From contig CP060764.1 of NCBI GenBank assembly GCA_023205875.1, positions 620,001 to 684,000 of the forward strand: a stretch of DNA of 64,000 nucleotides, read 5' to 3'. Numbering within the stretch: the first letter of the stretch is position 1; every line of letters begins with the position of its first letter. The translations under genes were made by a program, and so were the position numbers. Positions 20,766-29,716 of this stretch are shown here, in pieces. The notes beneath the pieces are model-generated. The model was not told the origin of the DNA and made no database searches. It saw only the letters and a list, made by a program, of their open reading frames with translations. The stretch comes from Chloropicon primus (lineage: Eukaryota).

Positions 20766-21491
20766 CAACGAGGTCGTCCCTCAGACCTCCTCGTGAGCAC
20801 GACCCTCCGCAAAGCAGGCCATCACGTCCCCTTCGTTCGCGGCATCCAGCGAAGAGGGAGGGACCCACAACAAAAGGAAACGAAACGAAACGAAACGAAA
20901 CGAAAGGATGGAACGGGATCAGAACGACCTGCTCCCCATTCGTTCGTGGTGTCCCCCTCCTCCGTCCGAGGCAAGACCAACCACGCAACAAGAGACCGAA
21001 CCCAGGAGCGTGTCACACTACCGCACCCCTCCTCCCCCTCCTCCTCGTCCTCGTGCTCCTCGTGCTCGTCGCTTCGTGCTCCTCGCTTCCTCGCTTCGTC
21101 GCTTCGTGTGTCTTGTTTTGAGAAGGGAGGGACCACAGCACTGTGGTGGAAGACGGACACGAGCACGTGCGAGGCCAGCCTGGGCTCTCCCACGAGAAAG
21201 ATCCAAACACAAGGCAAGATCGCACACAAAAAGAACAAAAGAACAAAAGAGAGAGAGAGAGAGAGAGCGCGCCACTCACTACTCACACTCACCCTTCGTC
21301 GTGACCGATCGTGATCGTGATCGAGTGGTCGAGCAAGAGAGAGAGGAAGAGGAAGAGGAAGAGCGGCAGGAGGAAGGAAGTGGTGGCTCCGGTCCGTGGG
21401 AGGGTCCTGGTTGTGTCCTGGTTGGGTTGGGTTTGATTTTGATTGGAAGCGGGAGGCTGCTTTTGCTCGTTGTTGTTGTTGTTGGGAAACA

Positions 21492-23126
21492 ATGGGGAAG
21501 TATGGGCAAGTGTTGAGGAGGGGTGTGGGGGGTGGAGGGGGTAGGGGGAGAGGGAGGGTGAGGAGGGCATTCGCCTCGGCTGCGGGGGGTGCGGCGGTCC
21601 TTGGCGTGGCGGGGTGCTCGAGGGCGTACGTGAAGTCTGTCCCGCTGCCCGTGAAGGAGGGCTCGTACGGCATGGCTGCCCTGAAGAGGAGGTTCAACGA
21701 CCTGGACTTGGATCGCAAGGGGACGATCAACGAGTCGGACATGAAGGAGGCCCTGATTAAGCTCCAGCTTCCAACGAGCGAGGAGAGCATCCAGAACTTC
21801 TTCAAGGAGGTCACGGGCCACGCCGGGCCACCGTACGAGATACACTTCGACGAGTTTGCAAAGTTCGCGGTGCTGCGGGAGAAGGAGCTGCTTCAGACCT
21901 TCAACATGATGGACACGCAGGGCTACGGCTTCATCAGCGAGGACGACCTCGCCAAGGTGCTGAACTACATGAACTACAGGGACATCTCCAAGAGGGAAGT
22001 GCGGAGTATGCTCAAGAGGATCAAGACCGGGAAGGGCCCCTTCTCAAAGGGCGGTGGCCTGCTTGGGGAGTCCAACGAGGAGTTCAAGATCGCGGGGAAG
22101 GCCATCGACTTCGCTGAGTTCAGGGACTTCATGCTCCTCACGAGCGCGAGAGACATGAGAGACATGTTCGAGGTGTGGGGCCGAGCGGTGGTCGACCTGG
22201 GAGACGTCGACGTTTCCATGCCAATGTCGAGCGGCCTGTACATGAAGATGAAGGGTGAGACGGTCAAACGGACGAACAAGTCCGTGGCTAAGCACCTCTT
22301 CGCCGGGGCTGTGTCCGGCGGCGTCTCGAGGAGCGTGGTGGCCCCTCTTGAGAGAGTGAAGATCGAGTACATGGTGAACTCGCTCAAGGCAAAGCAGGAA
22401 GGCTTCGTCGGAACGCTCGCAAGGATCGTGAAGAATGAGGGGCCCTTCGGCCTCTTCAAGGGAAACTCGCTGAACGTCGCCAGGATCGCTCCCACCAAGG
22501 CAGTGGAATTCTTTGTCTTTGACAGGATCAAGGACTTCATCATAAACAACACCGACGAGATCGAGATTAACGCCTGGCAGAGGATGCTCGGCGGCTCCAT
22601 AGCGTCCATGGCGGGCACGGCGCTGACCCACCCTATCGACACCGTGAGGTCGAGGGTCACTGTGCAGACCATCGGAATCGGAGAGTGCGTGCAGCAGATG
22701 CTGAAGACCGAAGGCCCAGTCGCCTTTCTCAACGGTTTGATCCCGAATATGGTCAGGGTGGCCCCCTACGGCGCCATAAACTTTTTGGTTTACGACCAGC
22801 TCAAGTCGTGGTACAGAAAGAAAATCGGGCCAGGAGGAAGCCTTGGCGCGGTTCCCACCATGATCTTCGGTGCGGCGGCAGGGGCAGCGGCACAGACGAC
22901 CGTCTTCCCCATCGAGATGGTGCAGAGGAGGCTGCAGCTGCAAGGCATGGCGGGCGGAGAGATCCTGTACAAGAACATGCTCGATGCCTTGATACAGATA
23001 TCGAGAAAAGAGGGGATCCCAGCCCTTTACGCGGGTCTCCTCCCGAACTACCTCAAGCTCATTCCGGCAGCCGCCATAAGCTTCTTGGTCTACGAGCAGC
23101 TCAAGGAGAGGATGCAGTTGAATTGA
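21492..23126 (+). CDS. EF-hand-containing mitochondrial carrier family protein (adenine nucleotide carrier type)
   Basis: EF hands DLDRKGTINESD and DTQGYGFISEDD, plus three carrier repeats (APLERVK, HPIDTVR, FPIEMVQRR). Confidence 0.9.
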   Translation: MGKYGQVLRRGVGGGGGRGRGRVRRAFASAAGGAAVLGVAGCSRAYVKSVPLPVKEGSYGMAALKRRFNDLDLDRKGTINESDMKEALIKLQLPTSEESIQNFFKEVTGHAGPPYEIHFDEFAKFAVLREKELLQTFNMMDTQGYGFISEDDLAKVLNYMNYRDISKREVRSMLKRIKTGKGPFSKGGGLLGESNEEFKIAGKAIDFAEFRDFMLLTSARDMRDMFEVWGRAVVDLGDVDVSMPMSSGLYMKMKGETVKRTNKSVAKHLFAGAVSGGVSRSVVAPLERVKIEYMVNSLKAKQEGFVGTLARIVKNEGPFGLFKGNSLNVARIAPTKAVEFFVFDRIKDFIINNTDEIEINAWQRMLGGSIASMAGTALTHPIDTVRSRVTVQTIGIGECVQQMLKTEGPVAFLNGLIPNMVRVAPYGAINFLVYDQLKSWYRKKIGPGGSLGAVPTMIFGAAAGAAAQTTVFPIEMVQRRLQLQGMAGGEILYKNMLDALIQISRKEGIPALYAGLLPNYLKLIPAAAISFLVYEQLKERMQLN

Positions 23127-23195
23127 TCGCCGGATACGCAGAACGGTGAGCGGAGCCTTTCAAAATAATTCTGTGAAGTACAAGCAAGCATTTTT

Positions 23196-23942
23196 TTATC
23201 CCTTCACCTTAATCTTCTCGTCCGTTCTCATGTCCAGCACGTCCATGATTTCCGCGAGCCGCGCCGGGTCGGTCAAGTAAAGGTAACCGACGAGGCACTC
23301 CAGGGCCGTGGCCTTGGCGTAAATGGTCTTGCTGTCCGGGTTGGACCGCAGCCTCTTGGGCACTGACGGCGTGTTGCTGGCCAGCGCGAAGCCGAGCGAA
23401 AAGCGAAAAAGGAGGTTTGTCAGCAAAACCGTTAGCCGCGCCCGGCGGTCCGGCCGTCGCCCCATCCGTCCGCCTTCGAACTCTTACCTGTTCCTCCCCC
23501 GCCGCACGATATCTGCCTCTTCCTCGCTCAGTCGGCCTTCGCCCGTCAGCTTGTCGAGGCAAGCGGCCTGGTGCTCCGCCATCACTTCCCTCTCCGTCTC
23601 CTTCCTGTAGCTCGCCACCCGGCTGGGAGGTAGCAAGTGCTTTGTCCTCGCGTACAACTCCCACACGACGTCACCCAAAAACGCAAAACTGATAGGGGAC
23701 ACGCTCCCTATCGCGTGCCCCTGCTCCTGAGAGCGCCGCACGAGGTCCAGCTCGAGCGGCAGTCCCTCTCCCCGCCCCGTGGTCGAACACGCACACCCAG
23801 CAACGCTTTGACGACCTCCTCCTCGTCTCCCTGGATTATCCTCTCTTTCTCCTCCTCTCCTCCTCCGTCGAAACGACCCCACCGTCGCCAGCCGCGGCAC
23901 CTCACGCGTCAGTGCCATCCCCCGAGTCCAGCCTTGCGCCAT
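23196..23942 (-). CDS. Mini-ribonuclease III, probably plastid-targeted; exons 23942-23488 and 23376-23196
   Basis: Motifs AFLGDVVWELYAR, L(S)EEEADIVRRGRN and YAKATALECLVGYLYL. A GTAAGA...GCTGAC...CAG intron restores the frame. Confidence 0.92.
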
Positions 23943-24255
23943 CCTCCCTCGCGTTCTCCTCCTCCTCCCCGCTCCCCTGCTGCCTCGTCTCCTTCCTGTG
24001 CCAGACCGATTCGAGTGATTGGTTGACCCCAAAACGAAGTCCAACCTGATCAAACCCGGTATCGATCGAAAGGCCGTGACACGAAGCTTCCCCCAGTGTC
24101 GTCCCCTCCCCTCGGTTCGTCCTCCCTCGCGTTCTCCTCCCTCTCCTTCCTTGACCCCCTACTGCAGAGCGGACGGAGCGCGAGAGGCGGGAAAGTGGGC
24201 GCGGTGCTTGATCGATCGAGGGCGAGGCCGTGGGCGTCGAGAGGAGGAGGGGAGG

Positions 24256-25544
24256 ATGCGTGTGACGACGTTGCAGAGGAAGGAGAGCGCGCACGAGGAC
24301 CACATATGGGTGGCCAAGTGGATCCAGAATAGAAGGGACGAGGGGGCGCACGCCAAAGACCTCAAGCTGCTCACCGGATCCTGCGATGAGACGTGCAACT
24401 TCTGGAGGTAAGAAAAGAAGCTCCGCTTTGGCCATGAAAGAACAGAAAGAGAGATGTGTGGGTGGACAAGAGACCGAATGGCTTGGCTTGACACGATTAG
24501 AGGATTCGTGGTCGGTGTGTTTGGGGCTCTGAAACCTCTTGTTTTTCGTTCTGTGTTGTTTGGTTCCCCAACATGATGGCATGTTATTGGCAGCTATGAC
24601 GACTCGACTGGCTTCACCAAAGATGTCCAAAGCACGGGGCAGGACTTGGGCGTGATCAGCTTGGACGTGAACTCCGCTGGCGAGGTCGCGGCCACTTCGA
24701 CATTAGACTGCTGCATACGGTTGCTGAGTCTCAAGCCCAGTATCAGCGTCATTGACACGATAAAGCTTTCAGCGCCCGAGACGTGGTCGATCGCGTTCCA
24801 CCCAGATCCTTCTGTGGAGCAGCTTGCGGTGGCAGCGGGCTGCCTCGGTGGGCTGAGGCTCTACAAGAGTTGCGTGCTCGACGAGGGCGTGAAGAGGGAG
24901 ATCTGCCACTTGAAGCCACAGGTGAGTCGCCGGGGACGAAGATTCTCTGCGTTCGTCCGGTCTTTCCCAAAGGCCTTCGCGCTTGTTTTTTTTTGGTCGA
25001 GGATTCTGACCCTTTCTCGTGCTGCTCCGCCACCCAGCCCAATCAAATCGCAAAGCACAACCAGACCCCCTTTGCGCTTGGCGTCGCTTACGACCCCAGT
25101 GGCACCAAGGTGGCTGTGAGTCACAGCGATGGCCACATCGCCCTGTACGACGTGCAGACCCAGAAGCACATTCTGACGTACGCGGGGCACTCGAAACCTG
25201 TGAAAGGTCTTTCCTTTAGCCCAGATGGCAGCTTTCTGATCTCTGCGTGTGACGACAAGACGTGCAACTTGTATGATATAAGCAGCAAGCTGCCGATAGG
25301 GAGCTTGAACGGTCACGAGTCGCCTGTGTTGTGCATCGAGAAGAGTGGCCAGGAGGGCTACTGCTTCACGGGAAGCGGCGATGGTGTGGTGAAGGTTTGG
25401 GACTTGAGGAACAGGAGTTGCGTCCAAACCATCGCGGAGCATAAGGAGGCTGTCTGGTCTTTGGCCCTCCACGAAGGAGCCAATCGCCTCGCATCGGTCT
25501 CGGAGGATAAGTCCATCTGCGTCTATCAAGTAAACCCACAATAA
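24256..25544 (+). CDS. SKI8: WD40 protein VIP3/SKI8/WDR61; exons 24256-24407, 24594-24921, 25038-25544
   Basis: N-terminus MRVTTLQRKESAHEDHIWVAKW..LLTGSCDET resembles VIP3/SKI8. WD repeats follow, and two GT-AG introns keep the frame. Confidence 0.85.
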
Positions 25545-25919
25545 TTGCAAACAGCAAACAAAAAAAAAGCTGGATGAACACGAACACCCCCTGCCATTGT
25601 CCTGGATCGCGATCCACGGTCCCCCCTTTCCCGTCTGCCTTTGCACGTCTTTTGTGAAACTGAAACGGAGAGCCCAAACCCTTCCCTTCCTTGGTCTTCA
25701 AGATTGAGACCAAGATTTAGACAAAGGTGGGACCTCGGCACCTTGGGCCATCGAGACAAGGGTTGAGGCCTGGTTTGAAGGCTCCAGGGGCAAGAGCGGC
25801 ACGACCTTTTCACGCCATGGACGAGGTCCCGCAATGACCCGCTGTCCTTTTTCTAGAACTTTGTTGAACACGCTTTGTGAATCGACCACATACGACCAAT
25901 TGGTAAGGGGGGGACACAC

Positions 25920-28247
25920 ATGTACAGTAGGAAGCATTTGACTCTGCTTTTGGCAGCAGGAGCAGTCCTTTGCCTGGCAACTGGATTGACTGTTGCGAAG
26001 GGCGAATACATCGAGGCGGAGGGGGACCTCGCTCACGAGTGGGGAAGCAGAAGGGCGCTCCTGGGAGCTTCGAATGATGGGGACGCGTACCAGAACAATC
26101 AGTTTGGCTTTTACGGTCTCCTGCTGCAAGATGGGCTTGGTGACGAGGAGGAAAGCACGGAGGAGACGCCGGCGCCATCTCCTCCCGTGAATCCGCCACC
26201 GCCACCACCCCCAAGTCCACCGCCACCACCTCCACCGAGCCCACCACCACCACCGAACCCACCTCCACCTGTTAATCCGCCTCCACCTTCACCACAGCCA
26301 CCGCCACCACCAACGCCACCGCCACCCCCTCCGAGTCCCGACAATGGGGACGGAGACTCCGAGGATGGGGACGAGTACTTCTACGGGGAGTATGGGTTCT
26401 ATGGCTTGGAGATGCACGATGGGTTGACTCCGGACGAGGACGACGACGGTGCCGGCGATGGAGATGGCAGCGGGGTGACTACGCCTGACGTACCACCTCC
26501 GCCACCACCGCCATCTCCTCCACCGCCACCCGTTGACCCACCACCACCGCCGCCGGTTGACCCACCACCACCACCGCCGGTTGACCCACCACCACCACCG
26601 CCGGTTGACCCACCACCACCTCCAGCGCCAGTGCCACCACCGCCGAGTCCAGAGCTTAGCTGCCCAGAGGACTTCACGGCAGCAATCACGGCTTTCGTCA
26701 CGCACGTTCCAGCGGACTGTGGAATCGACGACATGAGCTCTCCCGACGTTTGCCAGACTCTGCAGCAGAACTCGGCCTCGAAACCGGAGTGCACATCGCG
26801 GCTGACCTCGATGTTGTCTCTCGGCGAGTTCGAGGATGCTGGCATTGGCTGCGTCGGGTTCCTGCTTTCGCTGAGTCCGGCTCAGCAGCAGGCTGTGACG
26901 GTCCTGTCCGCGTGCTTCGACAGTCCCGGCGATGGCAACGAGAATCCTCCTTCGCTCAGGATTGAGGGGACGGCGTACGACCCTTACCTTGTGAGCTGCA
27001 AAGTTTCCGTGGACGCCTTTCCACCCGTGAGCTCCAGCGACATCACAAACGCTTATGGCGTTTACAGCATCCCTGTGCAGGGGGGCAGCATGCCCGTGGG
27101 GAAGCTCAAGCTGCAGCCAGCAGCCCAAGGCGCAGGTCAGGTGCAAGAGGGTTCGAGCATATGCCACGATTCCATCTCGAGGTTGAGGTTCACCGTGCCA
27201 ATGGAAGCCCCGATTGGCGCCACAGTGGTGTCGCCCTTGACGACTTTGGTGTCCCACCTGGGTTCAAACCCAAACTCGCACAGCATCATCAAGTATGCCC
27301 TGGGCATTGGTAACCAGGTCAACCTTCTGACCTACAACACGGTTGCGGAGCTGTACAAGAACGATGCCTTGGCGTTCAAGATCCTCAAGCAGACGTCCCA
27401 GATCCTGAACATCGTGAATCAGGGCCAGGCCTTGCTCCAGGAGTCGAGCTACATCGGGGTTGCCGAGCAGATGTTTGGATCTTTGACGAGTATGATGAGC
27501 GCTCACTACGTGGGGTCCATGCGCCGGGCGCTGCTTCAGACGGGGGGTGCTTTTGACTTGACTTCCCCGACCTTTGTGACGAACTTGTACAAGGAGACGG
27601 CAACGAGCGTCTCGGTCGTTGTCCCCGACAGCGTCGTTGAAGCTGTGTCTAGCTCCGTGGCGAGCCTGAACAGCGTCATTGACAGCGCCACCGGGGCCAC
27701 CGGGGCTGAGATCCTCGAGCAGGTGGCCAAGGTGGACATTGTTCTCCAGACGGAGGTCAAGAGCCAGGTCTCCAAGCTCGTTGCCGGAACCATCGACGCC
27801 CAAGCGTTCAAGGATTCCACGACCACTCAAGTGGTGGCGGAGAAGGTCGCGCAGACCGTCGTTCCCGTGGACGTCAAGGCGTACCTCGATGCGGCCAACG
27901 CGACCGAGGACGATAGCAACAAAGGCCTCAGCATGATCATCATCATCGTGGGAGGCTCTTGCGTTGGCTTCCTGCTCCTCGCGCTTGGAGTCGTGTGGTA
28001 CATGCAGAAGAAGAACAAGAACAACCAGGCCATTTACAACCAGCAGACGTACTACGGGTCGCAGAGCATAGGCGAGGGCGTCCACATGGAAGGGGACGAC
28101 CACGTGACCACGAAACAAAACCCGGCCTTCGGCCAGGATGTGGATAGCGACGGCGAGGACGGGGGGGGAGGCCTGCTGAACCTCCTCGACCAGTTCGGTC
28201 TCAGCAGTATGATGATGCAGGATGACGACGATGACGGCGACGAATAG
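25920..28247 (+). CDS. Type-I membrane or cell-wall glycoprotein with SPn/Pn proline-rich tracts
   Basis: Signal peptide, two poly-Pro tracts, a Cys-rich domain, C-terminal TM (IIIIVGGSCVGFLLLALGVVWY) and an acidic cytosolic tail. Confidence 0.85.
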   Translation: MYSRKHLTLLLAAGAVLCLATGLTVAKGEYIEAEGDLAHEWGSRRALLGASNDGDAYQNNQFGFYGLLLQDGLGDEEESTEETPAPSPPVNPPPPPPPSPPPPPPPSPPPPPNPPPPVNPPPPSPQPPPPPTPPPPPPSPDNGDGDSEDGDEYFYGEYGFYGLEMHDGLTPDEDDDGAGDGDGSGVTTPDVPPPPPPPSPPPPPVDPPPPPPVDPPPPPPVDPPPPPPVDPPPPPAPVPPPPSPELSCPEDFTAAITAFVTHVPADCGIDDMSSPDVCQTLQQNSASKPECTSRLTSMLSLGEFEDAGIGCVGFLLSLSPAQQQAVTVLSACFDSPGDGNENPPSLRIEGTAYDPYLVSCKVSVDAFPPVSSSDITNAYGVYSIPVQGGSMPVGKLKLQPAAQGAGQVQEGSSICHDSISRLRFTVPMEAPIGATVVSPLTTLVSHLGSNPNSHSIIKYALGIGNQVNLLTYNTVAELYKNDALAFKILKQTSQILNIVNQGQALLQESSYIGVAEQMFGSLTSMMSAHYVGSMRRALLQTGGAFDLTSPTFVTNLYKETATSVSVVVPDSVVEAVSSSVASLNSVIDSATGATGAEILEQVAKVDIVLQTEVKSQVSKLVAGTIDAQAFKDSTTTQVVAEKVAQTVVPVDVKAYLDAANATEDDSNKGLSMIIIIVGGSCVGFLLLALGVVWYMQKKNKNNQAIYNQQTYYGSQSIGEGVHMEGDDHVTTKQNPAFGQDVDSDGEDGGGGLLNLLDQFGLSSMMMQDDDDDGDE
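26530..26625 (+). repeat. 24-bp coding tandem repeat (PVDPPPPP x4)
   Basis: CCGGTTGACCCACCACCACCACCG-like units. Confidence 0.8.
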
Positions 28248-28359
28248 AGGTTGGGGCAGTCTTCGCCCACTTTGCACTTTTTTGGGGAAATATAAGTGTA
28301 TGGTGTACAAGTTTATTTATCTGTATTGCTTTTGCGAGTAGTAAGTAGGTTCGACGCTC

Positions 28360-28473
28360 TCAGTTCAGCCCGGTTTCTTGGAACGTGCTCGTCGTCCACT
28401 GCGGAGGAAGGAGAGGTTCACACGAGCATGGCATGTCAGTCAGTAATTAATTCAAGGTGGAGTCCACAAAGCA

Positions 28474-28519
<46 letters not shown>

Positions 28520-29066
28520 GGATACAGACGATTGACGATGAGAACGAGAGGAGACGAAACAGCACTCACCTTTCCTTGGATGCTCGGGGTCTTCGACAGG
28601 ACCCTGCTCTTAAATATTGTAGCCTTGTCGTTGGTGTGGCGGCGCAAGTTCGTGACGTGGTACTCGATATCCTTGGGCCCCAAGTTCTTGACCCCCACGA
28701 CCCTTGGCTTCCCCTTGACGTACTCCCCCTTCAAGTAGGGGTGCTTCCCCCTCACCACTTGAGTCGCCACCTCGTACTGCGGAAACTTCTCCTTGAACAC
28801 GGGAAGCGCTCGCTCCACGAACTCCCTTCGACATCCCAAGCCGAACAAGCCGAAAACAGTCAGAACCCTCCCTCTCCCAAGCATTCTTCCCAACACCACT
28901 CCTGGGTTGGATCCAAAGCCAGGCAGAGGCCACCGCGGCTCCCCGAGAGCGCGCTCATTCGTTTCGTCGTTTTCTTTCTTTCTTACCTCACCCCGTTTGA
29001 TGATCCCGAGAACTCACAGTACGCTACTGTGAGCTTCTTCATGGTCCATCCTCCATACCTCGCCAT
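28360..29066 (-). CDS. MRPL43: Mitochondrial ribosomal protein mL43 (L51/S25/CI-B8 domain); exons 29066-28987, 28825-28570, 28398-28360
   Basis: Spliced protein reads MARYGGWTMKKLTVAYCEFSGSSNGVREFVERALPVF...GKHPYLKGEY...TPSIQGKW. Introns are GT-AG, and intron 2 carries a CTGAC branch site and a (TG)n tract. Confidence 0.9.
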
Positions 29067-29266
29067 CCTCCTGCCGCTCCTCCGAGCACTCGGCCGTATC
29101 CCGCCCCAACCGACACCCGTTCTCCCGCGGTCAGCTCAAGACCCAAGAACTTCCTGGCTTGTTGTCGAGGGACTCCGTCGTCCGCCTCGTCGCAGGGGTA
29201 GGGGATCGTCACCGGCCGCCGTGGAGTACCCGAAAGCCTCTCTCTCTCTCTCTCTCTCTTCGTCCT

Positions 29267-29296
29267 CCTAAAACCTAAAACCTAAAACCTAAAACC
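29267..29296. repeat. Interstitial telomere-like repeat (CCTAAAA)4, i.e. (TTTTAGG)4
   Basis: cctaaaacctaaaacctaaaacctaaaacc in the divergent mL43/ABC1K promoter region. Confidence 0.8.
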
Positions 29297-29716
29297 AAAG
29301 AAGAGGAAGAGGAAGATCTCTTGAGTTTGTGGCTGGGAACGGAGCGGGGATTCGATCCGGCTTTGGGCTTGGTTCAGACGGAGACTGCGGACGGCGCAAG
29401 AGGGAAGGAGGACAGGGGTTGAAACGCAACGCGAGTTCGTTGCAAGGGCTTTCGTTTGAGGGTTCACTCGTGTGATTTGGCGACGATTTGACCTGGAAGC
29501 TTGAAGGAGAAGAGCCACGACGACGACGAGGACGAGGAGGGATACGGGTTGTGGTGGTGGTTCCTTCTGCAGGAGAGCGGGCACCAGCACGAGGTGTGCG
29601 ACACAACCACCGGGAGACCAGGGGGTCAGGACACCTCATCGTGGAGGGGTGATTGATCTGGACGAGGAGGAGGACACGTGGTCGTGGTGTGTTGGAATTG
29701 GAGGGATTTGTGTGAG

